A DNA stretch of 64,000 bases from NCBI GenBank assembly GCA_054600435.1, contig BAAIJX010000016.1, positions 124,001 through 188,000 of the forward strand. The letters are read 5' to 3'. Of the stretch, positions 43,244-56,845 are shown in pieces. The notes under the pieces are model-generated. The model made no database searches, was not told the DNA's origin, and saw only the letters and a program-made list of their open reading frames with translations. The DNA comes from Neophaeotheca triangularis (taxonomy: Eukaryota). A program made the position numbers and the translations under genes. Every line of letters begins with the position of its first letter. Position 1 is the stretch's first letter.

Positions 43244-44997
43244 ATGACTACGCTCCAGCCCAGGCCGCCATATTCTCCGGCGGAACTGGAGAAGCTCTAT
43301 CCTAGTCAACTCCAGCTACAGCAGGTCCAGATTGTACGTTTGGCGGATCACAGACCATTATGTGTATTTGAACTGACCACATTCACCTAGTTGCTTCGCC
43401 ATGGTCAGCATCGGCGTATGAAGTAATTGATTTTCCGAGACTGACCCATCGTAGGCGAACGAACGCCAGTGTCTGCCCGCTTTCAAAACGTAGGATGCTA
43501 ATTCAATTCGCAATTGATCAAATTACTTTACTAAGTGTTCAAAGACCGGGCTTCCAGCGTGTATGTCCAATCATGCCTTCGTAGACCGATCCTTTTGGGG
43601 CTGACATTGGCTTAGATTGGCCGTATTGCAATGTAGCAAGACGCATGAAATCTGCCGTGATGACCGAAGATGCGGCATTGGATGACCTGACATGGAGGAG
43701 GAAGATCGAGACACTGGGTGCCGGGGATGCTCCAATCCCTGCGAGTGGCCCTGGGGGTGCGGTCGATTCAGTATGCCAGCCAGGCGAGCTCACCGATAAG
43801 GGGAGGGAAACGACTCTCTCCCTGGGTGCCAGAACCCGTGGTCTGTACGTCGATCAGCTTGGCTTCTTACCCGCCACTCTTGACGCAGACACTCTGCTGA
43901 AGCTGCGCCTCCGCTCAACACCGATACCACGAGCTCTAGAGAGTGTTCAGCAAACGTTCATCGGCCTGTACCCGAGCAGCGCTCGTACGCAAAGCCTTGG
44001 GCCTCCAAACATAGTCACACGAGCTTTCTCGGACGAGACCCTGTTTCCCAACGAGGGCGGCTGCAAGCGCTTTGCAGAGCTCGCTAGAGCCTTTGCGGAC
44101 CGCACTGCGCTCAAATGGAACGGCACCGAGGAGCTCGATTATGTCAACAAGAAGATCGGCAAGTACATGCCAAAGGAGAGCCCGACAGTTGCAGTAGACT
44201 CCCACCCTAGGCTGAGTGGAATCATGGACTCGATCAACTCCACTCTAGCGCATGGTTCCAAGACAAAGCTACCGAGCGACTTTTACGACCCGAAAGTCGT
44301 GGCAACTATCGATCGCATCTGCACTGAAGAATGGTTTGTCGGCTACACTGAATCGCTCGAGTACCGTAAGCTAGGCATCGGTGGTCTCGTGGGAGATATC
44401 ACTCAGATCATGGTACAAGCAGCGGCTGGCAAGCACGGTGGACAGGAGCCGGTGAAGCTTGGCATGGCAGGATGTCATGACACGACAATCGCAGCGACTC
44501 TGACGGCCCTCGGTGCTTTTGGCGGGTGTGGTGTCGACGAAAAGTGGGAAAAGTGGCCGCCGTACACCAGCTCTATCGCTTTTGAACTCTTCAAACGCAA
44601 AGGGGCAGACAGCCCTTCCTCCAGCAGCCCCAGTGGAACCGTCTGGCCCAGCCAACAGCGCACTTGGTGGCAGTCTTTCTTCGGCGGTGGCGCATCCGCC
44701 TCTTCTGAAGCGTCAGCCCGCCAACCATTGAAAGACATTTCTCCCGCGGAAAAGGGCAAGCTAGAAGGCTACTACGTGCGATTGCGCTACAACGACCGCC
44801 CGATGAGCATACCCGGTTGCAAGCCCGCTGGCAAGCATCTCGAAGGTGACGAGAGCTTCTGTACGCTCGAGGCTTTCAAGGAGATTGCCGACTCTTTTAC
44901 GCCAAAGAGCTGGAGAGATGAATGCAGGCAGAATCTGGGATCGCTAGCTTTTCCAGAAACGAAGGAGTTGCCGAAGGGTGTTGAAGTGAGTGAGTAG
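43244..44997 (+). CDS. Histidine acid phosphatase (branch 2, ACP6/phytase-like); exons 43244-43333, 43391-43403, 43455-43489, 43545-43560 and 43616-44997
   Basis: Spliced N-terminus MTTLQPRPPYSPAELEKLYPSQLQLQQVQI|LLRHG|ERTPVSARFQN|TGLPAYWPYC contains RHGxRxP. Also GELTDKG, LRSTPIPRALES and the catalytic GCHD. Confidence 0.9.
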
Positions 44998-45958
44998 ATG
45001 TGGTACATCTTGTCGAGGAACGGTGCTGGCGAGGGTCGATAGACTTGAAGATTTATAGAAGGATAAAGGGTCCTGGGCCTTCAATAGCTTCCCTGTACGA
45101 TCATACCTACGATCAGTATACTCCTGCAGCCCAGCCGTCCACTATTGTAGACTATGTTAGGCCCATCAACCATATCATGATCTGTGATTTTAGACAGCTC
45201 TTGCTCTCCTCGAATGCTCGTGCTCATGATCGATCATACACATAATCGTACCCACCTAAAATCCAGCCTTACACTAGCGCTAGATGCGAGCAGCCAATGA
45301 GCGAATCTGCTGGATCGCCCAAACACTGACCCTGGAAGAGATCTTTATCTTGCAGTTAAAAGGCTGTACATGTGTATAGGTGGACTGGGTCTAAGTATTG
45401 GGCTTTCTCTATGCTAGAACTACCATCGCGCAAGCTTGTGAGCATCAAAACACCCATTCCAATCATTTCTCCCTACTTGACAAGATACGGTAAGCTCAAT
45501 TCAGCTACAGCCTCACTCTGTCGCGTGCAAGACTGGAGAAAGTAGTATGGTCTTGTTCTTCATACCACACGCTTTGTCGAGACAGTAAGGTAAGTACCTT
45601 ACTTACCGAAGATAATGTGTACAGTGTACCCGCGCCGCCAAGGTGATCGCAAACTCCTTCCTAATTAGGCCAACCTCGGACGTAGTGCATCGGTTATTAC
45701 GAGAGGACGACATTGGCCCGTTGGAATGCTCTACCGATCCCCTCTCTCTGGGCACTGTACATTGTGTACATGGCGAAAAGTGATATTCGAGGCGGGAATG
45801 AGTTATTACTATTATCAACTGCCACATCATGTCAACATCAACAAGATGCTTTCGTGCTCGAGACCTCGCCACCAGATGAATACGTGACAAAGAAACAAAA
45901 CACACGGCACGCATCAGGTCAAGGCCCTGTCATCCCCAGCGCGGTTGGAATAGCAAGC

Positions 45959-47361
45959 ATGGCAACCCCTCCAGGCGCAAATGATCCGGAAAAATTGGAC
46001 ATACCCTCCACGGTAGACGCCCTCGACCCCGTAGACAAAATTGGCTCCAACACAACGCCTCTCACACCACCACCTCCCGCACCGAAAGATGGAGGAATGA
46101 GAGCCTGGCTACAAGTCCTAGGCTCCTTTCTCGTCTTCGGCAATCTTTGGGGCTTCATCTTCGCTTTTGGTTCCTTCCAGTCGTATTACGAGCTGGAGTA
46201 CATACCGAATCAAAGCTCTTCGACAATATCATGGATCGGAACCATCAGCACCTTCCTACTCATCCTGCTAGGAGTCGTCTCAGGACCGCTATTCGATCTC
46301 GGTCACTTCAAGCTCATGCTGATAACCGGTGCGCTCGTTGAATCCCTCAGCGTCTTCTTGCTCAGTCTGTGTGGGCCGGTGTACTGGCAGATACTCCTCA
46401 CCCAGGGCGTGCTGATGGGACTCGGGAATGGCCTACTCTATCTCCCTGGACTGGCCCTTGTAGGCCGCGCTTTTAAGAAGAACCGAGCCATCGCGATGGG
46501 CCTCACGACGTGCGGCGCCCCGGTAGGCAGTATCTTCTACACACTTGCCTTCGAGCAACTCATAGACGACAGGGGCTTTGCCTGGACGGTGCGCATCATG
46601 GGATTCGTCATGCTGGGCACATATGCCATCGCATTTCCTTTGCTTCTATGGAGAGCGTCAAACCTGGGTGATCTTGCTTCTGGTACCAAACGGAAGCTCT
46701 TCGATCGCTCAGCGCTGAGCGATGGGCCCTTTTGGACGTATTCTTTCTCGAACTTCTTCATCTTCATGGGATACATGGTGTAAGTCCCCTTTAAACCGCC
46801 AGCCAACCTGTACGGCCACTAAACAAGCGCAGACCCTTCTTCTACTTCGCAACATACGGCCAGATTGTCCTGGGCATGTCCCGCAGTCTCTCCCTTTACG
46901 TCATCATGATCGCGCAAGCCGCCTCGGTCTTTGGCAGACTGATTGCCGGTTTCCTAGCCTCGCGCGCCGGTGTAATGATAAATTGGCTAGCGTGCGCATC
47001 CACAAGCGGCATTCTCTGCCTCGCCTGGGTCGGCGCTCGGAGCACGGGATCTTTCATCGCGTTCGCGGCTCTCTACGGCTGTTTCAGTGGCGCCCTGATA
47101 CCGCTGCCTCCCAGTGTCTTTCCCGTCGTCTGTCCGGATCAGAAAGTTTTGGGCGCGCGCTTGGGTATGGCCCAGGCGATTGGGTCGATTGCTAGTTTGA
47201 TTGGTAGTCCCATCGCGGGGTCGCTGGTTGGTATCCGCGGGGAGCAGGATTTTCTTGGGCTTCAGGTTTTTAGTGGTCTTGTACTGCTCTTGGGAGGGTG
47301 CATGTTGGTCTGGCTTTGGCTGATGCTTGTGAAGAAGCGTGGGCAGCGGAAGCTGATATAG
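45959..47361 (+). CDS. MFS monocarboxylate-permease-like (MCH family) transporter; intron 46780-46832
   Basis: PKDGGMRAWLQVLGSF, SGPLFDLG, QGVLMGLGNG and about 12 hydrophobic segments. The intron (GTAAGT..ACTAA..CAG) joins YMV to PFFYF. The start could lie further upstream in the same ORF. Confidence 0.9.
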
Positions 47362-48031
47362 AGAGCAGCGTCTGCAGTACCGCGTGGGTGGTGTCGTTGG
47401 CTGACTTCGACGACTGGACTAGCTGCTCCGCGAGGCATGCTGCTGGGGCGAGCACTGAAGACATTCGCTAGACCGCCCGCGGTGAGATTAGCCCATGCGT
47501 TTCCCACGGATGAAGGTTGCGTGGCTGTAGCGAGCATTGCCTAGCATGCATGCCACCTCTTTTGGATTAGCTGCAATGCCAGCCGGAGGCGCGCGACCGA
47601 GTCGAGATGCTGTCTAACGGGCAAGCCAGAGGCCGAGGTTCCCAGCTCTGTCTATTGGTTCAAGGACAAAACAGTGGAATGGCGGGGACCGGATGATCCA
47701 AAGCGCGAGGGTCTTTATAAACCGTCGGGCTTCCCTTGTCGGTAATGAAGAGGGCTGAAGGGGCTGCTGAAAGCTTCGAGACGAACAATCACAGGGTCGA
47801 TCTAAAAGTTGCTGAGAAGTCACCAAGCTGTGCTTCTATAAGCGGACGATCTAGTCATGATCCTACCAGGAAGGACATCAAGAAGTAAGGAAGAAAGGAA
47901 GGAAGGCGTCCAACGATGCCTCATTATCGGACAAGTATCGATTTCGAGCGAGACATCACAGGTGACAGCAGAGAGCATAAGCGATACATTACTGATCCAC
48001 GCAACCACTAAACTCCACAAATCCAATCCCA

Positions 48032-49381
48032 TCAATCGCGTTGCTGCTGAACACTCTTAGTAACCTGTATCGTCGCCGCCCCCCGATCCTTGACGAGCTG
48101 CTCCTCGCTCTCGGAAACATCCGACTCTTCAGAGTACGAGTTGTCCCTATGCGGCGGCGTATGCGCAGCTTTGACGGTAGTAGTGTTGCCGCCCTTGTGC
48201 GGTCCCGCGTAGGTCCTGAACTCGATGTTGTCGGCGAGCCCGTCGCTGTAAGGGTTTGCGCGGCCTTGGACGCTCGGTTCTCCCAGGCTGAAGACTCTGC
48301 GGAGCAATGGCTTTAGTGTGCTTGCGCAGCCTACGATGAGACCTACGCCGTTTTCAGCGTCTGGGGTTTCTTTGGGTTAGAAGTGCTCGTGAAAGGGGGC
48401 CCTGTGGGTTCGGTGATGCTTACAGCCCCAGATGACGATGTCGCCGACGACGTGGAGGAACTCTTCCGAGTTGTTCAGGTTGACGGTGTATTTCAGCCGG
48501 ATGCAGGCTGATAGACTTGCTAGCACCCCTAGCGATAATAGGAAGGCTACGGATACCTTTGCGTTGCGGTTGAGTTGTAGGTTCCAGAGCAAGGGGATAG
48601 GTCTGGCGAGATTTGTTAGTGGCACCCGTTTGGATGGATGTGGCGATACTGACAGAAGTGCGCAGAACCAGTCAGTCGCAATGTTGACTGCTGTGTCGGC
48701 GTAGTAGATGTTGGCGAGAATCTGTGAGTCGTTGCAAGAGCCCGGTGCTTCCATCGTCCAGAAGTAGCTAATCCCGGGCATCAGCGATTGGCCTTTGCAA
48801 TTAGGCTTGGTAGTAACCTACGATACTGGTTGACATTGGAAGATAATATAGAACAGGGCAATCAAGTTCATTATCGTGAACGCGGCCGAGACCACATATA
48901 GCGATGTGGTGTATTTCTTCATCGGCCCAGCCACTCGAATCAGCATGAACGAGATGCTCAACTTGATGAGGATGACCGAAACGCAGTACAGGATTTCGAA
49001 GAGGAAGAACCACTGTCGAGTGTCAGTCGGGTGTTGACGATTCGAAACGTGAGCACACGAACCATGAACCCTGTGGATCTCTCTTCAGCACTGAGCCTGC
49101 TATCATGCACTCCGACGCCGTTCCAGGCGCCCCCGAGACATGCAATTGTCAAAGCCGTGAACGGAACCTGCAGAACATTCAGTAAAGCTGAAAAGACTAC
49201 GGTATCGGAAGCCTCTCAGAATACGCACAATCGCAGCACTCATGCACCAATCATCCATCCCCCAAGCGCGATTGCTGATGCGTACATAGACGCGAAGGGG
49301 GAAGACGAGAGCGGCAACGAGGCCGAGAGTGATAATGGCAGCAGCGACATTAGGTGCGTGGTCTACTAACCCCACGGCCAT
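48032..49381 (-). CDS. Pth11-like (fungal rhodopsin-domain) 7-TM integral membrane protein, about 6 exons, no CFEM domain
   Basis: LRVYVR...WGMDDW, GVGVH, ILIKLSI, QCQP..YFW, NIATDWFCALLPIPLLWNLQL and AENGVGLIVGC are recovered after splicing (e.g. introns 49168-49228 and 49013-49062). Confidence 0.9.
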
Positions 49382-50958
49382 GATTGCTCCTCACCCAGAA
49401 GTTGTCGTACCTAGTCGCAAAAGTCTAAGACTGTCAGACTTGGGGAACGTGTTTGAACCTGGTGGGGATCCCAAGATGGTTACATATCCTCGATGTTCTC
49501 CTAAGCTGTCACGGTGCATTAATCAAAGGTTGGCCAAAGTGTTCGGTCTCTTGGTGGCGCGGAATCATCTCCACTCCCACCACTCCAACCGATACCAATG
49601 GCGAAAAGGGGATTTTCCAGATCAACCGAGAGTGTGCAAGCCTGCAGAAGGCCGACGTTCAGCCCGGCTAGAGAGTAGTTGTAGATCGAGCACGCGGCCG
49701 GTGTGCCGGGACCCGGGAACACCTCGTCTCCCTCTATAATTAAAGGGGGCATTCTGCTAGGTCGTCGAGGTGCCTGAGCCCGTTTATGATTATGTAGCGA
49801 TACCTAATTACAGCTTTGTAGTTGACAGATAATCCTTAGTACTACCAGGCAAGGTCTACAGCTTCACTAGTCATACACGTGTGCATGTACCGACACCTGT
49901 AGAGTCAAATACCATGAGTCGTATTAGCACTTCCACCCTTCACTCAAGCGAGCCCGTGCCTGCCGAGCTCGGAACGCTACCGATCAATATAAGAGGGTCG
50001 CATTTGGCGTCTAGACCGAGAAGCAGTGTTGGTGTTTTTCAAGCCTCGCCGGACCAATCGTGAGTCTCATATCAATCGACGGTGAGCTGTTCTCCCAGGC
50101 GTTGTTGGGTTGAAGTAGGTAGCGGTTATCGTCTTGAGAGCTACATCACAATTGATGCAGCCATTGATCGTTATCAGGGGTACGGCTTGTTGAGTCTGCT
50201 GTTAATAAACCTGAGGTCAAAAAAGAGACGTGTGTCAGTGTGACGGTTGGACGGCTCCTCTTCTCAACGACGAGGCGGACGTTTAATTAAATTTAGCGTA
50301 CCGCTCGGTTAGCAAACAGCGAGACTAGGTAGTAGGTACCGTGTGGACAGAAGAGCCACACAGCCACCGATGGATATGTGGCTCGCGTCGCAGCAAGCCC
50401 AGGGTAAGTGTCAAATAAAAATCTGTGTCCACGGTACCTACTAACTTAACCTAGACACCTCTTACTAAGATAGCCTGTAGGCACACAAAACTTCCGAGAT
50501 TCATGAATGGGAACTGTAGGCCGTTAAAAACATCATGACAGCGGCCCAGAGTGACCCACGCTTATAGTGATCATACCGAGCCCTGAGCCAACCCTAAGTA
50601 GGGACAAGAGTGTTTACTAGTACCTGGTCTTGTAGGTTCGAGCTTTTACAGAGACGCAACATTCCGATGAGTTGCGTGAGCAACAGATCACCAGATGGCA
50701 ACAATCAAAACGACGATTTGTTTCCTGATAAGGATGGCAGAGCTTTACTACCCTGCACCGCTCTCGTTTAACAAGACCAGTCGATGTTTTTTCACTCTGG
50801 TCCGTCTTGCAAGGGAAGACTTCGCTCAAAAATACGTAGGTATATACGTTTCCGCTAGGACAAGGACGTGAAGCAAGTACCGAATCCACCTGCCAAACCC
50901 GTCGATCACAAGTCTTGGTCCTTTCAGCTTTGACAGCTTCCTTGAGACATGGTGTCGA

Positions 50959-51848
50959 TCAAAGCTTCGCAGGAACCCATTTGGGCTGCTTTTTGGCGGC
51001 GAATGCTTCCAAACCAATCTTCATGTTTTCTGACTGGGCCAACGCCCTGCCGTACCTCTCTGCTGTCATCTGCGAGGCCCGTTCCACGCTCCCGTGCTCC
51101 CACGAATCTCTCAAGCCCGCACGAGTGACGATAATGGCGTCGGGGTTGAGACTAGCAATCTTCTTGGCCACGGTCAACGCTTCGTCGATCACGGAGTCGT
51201 GAGTCTTTGATATGACGCTGACGAATCCTAATTGCTGTGCTTCTGGCGCTTGCATCCGTCGAGCTGTCAATGCGAGTTCGCTCGCTCTTTGCATACCGCA
51301 GATACGAGCAATGCGCGAAAGACCGCCAGCTGCTGCGTAGAGCCCGACCTGAACTTCTGGCAGGCCGAAGCTGGCTTGAGGAGAAGCTACGACAATGTCG
51401 CTGATGTGCGTTAGCATGCGAAGGCCGAGAGGTCTGAATGAGAGTCGGATGCGTACCAGTTCAAGCAGATCTCGAAGCCGCCACCCAAGGCAAATCCGTT
51501 GACCGCTGCGATCACTGGCTTCTTGCCAGCTCGCCGACTCAATCCGCCAAAGCCAGCTCCCGACATACGCAGACCCTCTTGGTTGCTTCGGCCCCTGTCT
51601 CGCTGCTCGATCAAATCCGCGCCGGCGCAGAAGGCTTTGTCACCTTTGCCGGTAACAATGGCTACTGTCAAAGAGGGCTCATCGTCCAGCCAGTTGAAGA
51701 TTGCCTCTCCCTCCAGGTGTCCCTGAAGATTGATCGAGTTCATCTGCTTTGGTCTGTTGATAGTGGCGAGCATCACTCCCGGGCAGGGGAAAGAGAGTTC
51801 GTAGACCTTGGTCTCGGGTGGTGGAGTGTGCCATGATTGGGAGGCCAT
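50959..51848 (-). CDS. Enoyl-CoA hydratase/carnitinyl-CoA dehydratase (crotonase family), peroxisomal; intron 51401-51456
   Basis: INRPKQMNS, AFCAGADL, KPVIAAVNGFALGGGFEICLNCD and FGLPEVQVG. C-terminal PTS1-like AKL. Confidence 0.93.
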
Positions 51849-54249
51849 CTTTGCTGCGGTTGATCGGAAGTTTCGTCACGGAATGGAAGAAGGAACAGTG
51901 TGTACTTGTTCTACAATCATGAAATTTTTCGAGGATAGTGTTACATTTGCAATGTTTTTTGATGATAGACGGGAATCAGACCTCGAGACCGCCCATCTAT
52001 TGTAGCATCTAACCTCGGCTCCTCGCTTCTGTTATAATGAGCTGTACTGCACAGCACGTGACAGCGCATGCCTAAGGCGTCAGCTAGAAGCCGCAATCTG
52101 TCTTTGCAGGCTTTGCTGCAAGTACCTAGTTTAGTCCTTAGTAATCAATCAATCGAGTTAGTTCGTGCCGCTGCATCACCCGTACCTAGGTACTTTTTGA
52201 TACTCCTTGACGAGAGTATTGGTAGCTCCGACAACATACAACCTCTAATCGCTCGAGATCGCTCTAGAGCAATCTCAACCCGAACAATGCCGCAAGTAGG
52301 GCATAAGGACAAGGCCGTGTGGAGTGTCTTGATGGATGGGAATGGACGAACGTCCTTCTCGGCGGCGCAGACCGACTCTCACTGGATAGGACACTCTTTC
52401 CCACGAAAGGACCATTGATAGATTTTTCTGGAATTTTGTCTCAAGTCAGTTGCCCTCGGATATTCGTCGGCGAGCAGGCCTCAGGGATATATTGGAATTC
52501 TCTGGCTTCCAGCTCCGAAGCGTGCGGACAGTTCATGGCCATTGAGCGTAGCAGCCTTGCCCGGTCGCCATGGTGTCTTTTTGGGACTGCCAGGATTATT
52601 CCGAGAGCTATCTCCAAAACGGCTTACAGCATCAAGGGTTATGGGGAATAGTTGATTTTGTCGATGCCCGACCTCAAGACCGAGAGCTACGCAGACCGCT
52701 CGAATACACAAAGAAGGCTTTCATTTCCACACCACGGCTTATTACTTGCTGCGGTGGAAGGGAAAAGGAGGAAGCTTGCATAGTATCGTGATTGTTGGCA
52801 TCCGCAAGGAGACGACCTTGTCAACGGCGAGCGAGCCGTGTTTGCTGTGCGAGACCTGGCCCTTGCCTGCGACACAAAGAGAAGCACCCTCTGATTATGA
52901 GTGCCCAGGCGGATGCCAGGGAGTTGAATCACAGGCCCACAGGTGGATGCTGCTGGTGGTTTCTGCCATTGTGTCAGTTTCGTGTGAGACTTCCTTGTAA
53001 GTCTACTTCATTCTGCAGTTGTCGCATTTGCGATTAAAGCCTTCTTTGATTGTGAAACATTGATTGCCCTTCACCTAGTACTTTCCAAGAAACATCTGTC
53101 ATAGCAGCTGGGCGAAAGGGAGGCACCGCTACATATACACCTCCGCTGCCTCTACTTCAGGGCTCATCACAAATCAGTACTATCTTCATCACCACTTGAG
53201 TATACACTTTGTCGCAGGTAAGCATCCATCCTTCTAGGCCCCTCGTCCTAACGGGCACTCACTGCGAAGACAGCGCTAACGACATCACTTCAGATACCTA
53301 TAGTTTTCCACACATCTTCCGTAGCCCCTTTTTACCGACCACGATGACGAAGGACACGCAACGCAAGGTAGATCTCATCTCATCTCTATCTACTACTCAA
53401 CACTTGCTGCACGCCTAGCAGCACCTATGAACCGTCCGCTCACTCTATTCCTAGTCGCAATTACTACCGCGGCACCTTCCTCCTTCTACGCGACTTCCCG
53501 TGCGCTAACTTGCGCACCTTCGTGGCCCGTTGCGCATTGCTTACTACTCATCTGTCCTTTACTCGACCAGCCACTTACTTCACCCTTCACTAAGCTTGAC
53601 ATCCTTCACTCGACGGTTCACTCAGATGCAGCGGCGGAAAGCGGAAGGCGGAGGTCTGAGCGGACTGTTGCTTGGGACGCCATGTGGGAGCATACCAGGA
53701 GCATTCACTGCCAAGACACGCTAGCGGCGCTAGGCAGGATACGTATTGTCCTGGTCTCCTCTCTCCTGAACTTGTCTTTCTCTCGAAACCTTCCCACCAA
53801 CTCTCCACCACCTCGCAACGAAAGACAAAAGCGCACACAACGGCAGGTACTTTCATCACATCTGCAGTACTACCGTTATCGCCAGACTCCAGTCTTCGAA
53901 CCGTTTCCGAGCTTCCACCAACTCTTCAGACACGGCTGCCCCCTACTGCAGCTTGCTGCATCATTCTGCGACCCGACAAATTCTCTTTCTTGCCTACAGA
54001 TATACTGTAGCAAGCAACTTATCGCTCGCGCCGACTCACCACTTCAACCGACTTCTACGCAACCCTTCGATCTCTTAGCACACCTTCATTCAACCTATGC
54101 ACATCGCCCTTATCGACTCCACTATCGCCTTATTCACGAATCTATTGCTTGACTAACTACCTGCTACCTCTCGGTTCACTTTCATCCGCTCACTTATCAT
54201 CCAAAAACTTCACTATACTACGGTTTGACAGCGTATACCATCATTCAGG

Positions 54250-55454
54250 ATGGCACCAAACACCTCACTCCTTTATTTTGAGACCGACGTACAGCTGATA
54301 TCGACCGCGAGGAAAATTGCCGGTGAGAAAGGAGTCCAACTCAACTACATACCAGGACCCCCTACACCGATCAAGTCGCCACTGAACGACTTGCTCAATC
54401 GAGTCGGAGTTATAAGCGACCGCCTCACAGTTATGAAGGCGCGCGTCTCTCTGAAGAAAGCCTCCATGGAACGTCACAAGGGCGCCGGAGAACAAGGAAT
54501 CCCTGAAGAACCCGCGTGTGGTACGTTCCCTGTTGAATCTGCTCCCTATGGCAGCTGACGAACCATGCTAACCCCACTGTTGTAGAACCAGGGAAAGAGT
54601 CAGAAGCGAAGGTGGTGGCCATGATCCAATGCATTCTCCCGAAGATTGCAACTGAAGATGCCAAAGACATTTACAGGCATGCCTGGTCCAACGGCCGAAT
54701 CGGCTTGGCCACCACAGAAACCTTGGTTAAGCGTGTGCACCTCGCCATCGGAGCGCACATCCGACACAAGCACACCGTTTACGACAATATTCAGCAGCTG
54801 AACGGAAAAGCGAGTGCCAGGGCCATGGTCGAGCCGGCAATCGTGAAGAAGTTTCTGGAGTGGGCCGCTGAGGAGGTTTCGGAAGAGCTGGCAACCGCGG
54901 CGTCCAGTGTGGCGAAGGAGAGGGACCTTGGACAGACTGCTGGGTCATTAGCCGGCAGGGTCATTGCACCCCCCGGCTGGTATACGGTCCAATACCGCCC
55001 CGGTGTCCACTGGCAGGGCGCCTCTGGCTTCCGACTCGGGAGCGCCTTCCTGAACTATCGCCTGGGACAAGCCCCGCTCGACTCATACACGTCGGACGGC
55101 ATGATTTGGTACCGCGTGACGACTCCTTCAGGTAATCACCGTTTGCAAATACATGGAGCGCTACTGATTATTCTTCAACGAATGAATCTAACACGAGTCA
55201 CAAGGTACTTGAGCTTGGCACAGCAGGCTCGGAGTCAGTTCATGTGCGGGAGATTGGGGATCGGACCTGTTGGACCACGACGACTGGGGCGAACAACTAC
55301 TCGTTGCCGGCGGAGGGCGAGGGTCTGCCGAGCGACCCGAGAGCGCGCCCGTAGAACGGAACGGGGTCCCGACGGCAATACGGTCTGGGCTCCGAGGGAG
55401 GTGTTGGGAGTTTGGCAAAGGGGTGGAATGAGTTGGGGTATCTCAGAGGCATAG
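54250..55454 (+). CDS. DUF2293-domain protein; intron 54521-54585; 5' and 3' ends uncertain
   Basis: ILPKIATEDAKDIYRHAW.NGRIG...VHLAIGAHIRHKHTVYD...ARAMVEPAIVKKFLEW matches the DUF2293 pattern as recalled. A GTACGT..GCTAAC..TAG intron joins the 102-aa and 280-aa ORFs in frame. Confidence 0.72.
55312..55337 (+). repeat. 26-bp exact dispersed direct repeat, copy 1 (copy 2 at 63070-63095)
   Basis: ggagggcgagggtctgccgagcgacc is present at both positions. Confidence 0.9.
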
Positions 55455-56845
55455 AGCCGGGGCAGAGAGAGGCGCGCAGGCCACGGTATGCTTCCTGCGA
55501 GGAGCTGAACCCGCGAGCAGTGCCCGGTCTTTACGTAGTAGCATCGCAACCTTTTATCGCAACCTTTTCTCAACTTGATCCCTGGCCTCCGACCTCCACT
55601 GACCGTATCCCAAGCCGTGAATAACGTCTAGCATCTTTCCCTCTCTGACCTCCCGCCCTCTCCGGTTGTGAAGAACACCATTCGTGATGATACCCTCAGC
55701 AAGCACGCTCGCTCTCCAAACCGTACCTTTTCCCAAAGCCTTCAAACCCTCAAAATATCGTTTACCAGGTAGGAAAAGCTGGAACCGCAACCTCCAAGTC
55801 CCACAAGCTCTCCAGCGCCTGCAATTGCCAATACAATGGCCTAAACCCTCCATTTAGATACCGGCCACCGGCACCTAGTAGCCCTAACCGGCATCGCTGC
55901 AGGAAAGAAGCTCCCCCATGCCATCGCCCGGCTACATCGAGAATGAGTGCTTCCGAAAAGACAATGGCGTTCCCGGTAGAAGCAGGGGTTTGTGTTCGAG
56001 CTACGCTGCTCCCTGATAGGAGATGCCAAGGCTACATATCCAAAAACCTCGTGAGCCCCCTTCTGACGATCCTAGAACTCGGCTTCGGTGCTAGAGGGCA
56101 CAGCTCCGTGGACCATAGCTAGCTGGCTGGCTTCGGGAGTAAACTCCTCAGCGCAGCTAGGCATGTTCCAGCCACCGCTTTCTCTCCCCAAAATTACGGC
56201 CTACGAAAGAGCCAAACCCTGTGACGCAAGTAGAGGAGAGCGTACGGCGGTAGAATGGCCAGGCGCAAAAGAGCTCAACGGTGCAAAAGTGCTGGAACCG
56301 CAAGCAAGCGCGGCGGCAATCTCACTGTTCACGTCCGAGCGAGAAATACATGGCAAGGAAGTCAGTCTGCTTTGTAAAGATTCCAAGTCTGGTGCACAAT
56401 AATTACAAGAGTGCACCCCGGCAAAAAGAACAGTGCTAGAACGCTCGATCCGCCAAAGATACGGCAAAGCAATGAACTCCCCACCACAGTCTGCCTATGA
56501 CTCCCCCATCCACAAAAACCCAACCATCGTGTAGAACCCCCAAAACCATAGGCTCACTCATTGCCCAGATCCCGTACCCTCGTCGCTAGCAGGAGTACTA
56601 AGACTATCAAGAAACGCCTTCGAACCCGCGGCGACAAAAGAGCCCAATTGCATAGAAACCATCAAACGCGTATAAGTATCTTCCAGACTGCCATCCACGG
56701 CCTGTGGAACCATGATAGTTGCATCGTCACTCTCCAGCCACTCAAAGCCAATATACCGGCCTTCGCCAGCCATGCCAGAAGCCTCGAATCCCCAATTGAC
56801 TTCTCCTGGACCCCTACTCACCCTAGCATCATCGGCATCGGCATC

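Noticed and set aside
53427..54152. 241-aa ORF as a protein-coding gene
   Set aside because: Composition reflects pyrimidine-rich leader or intron-like DNA, with no recognisable motifs.
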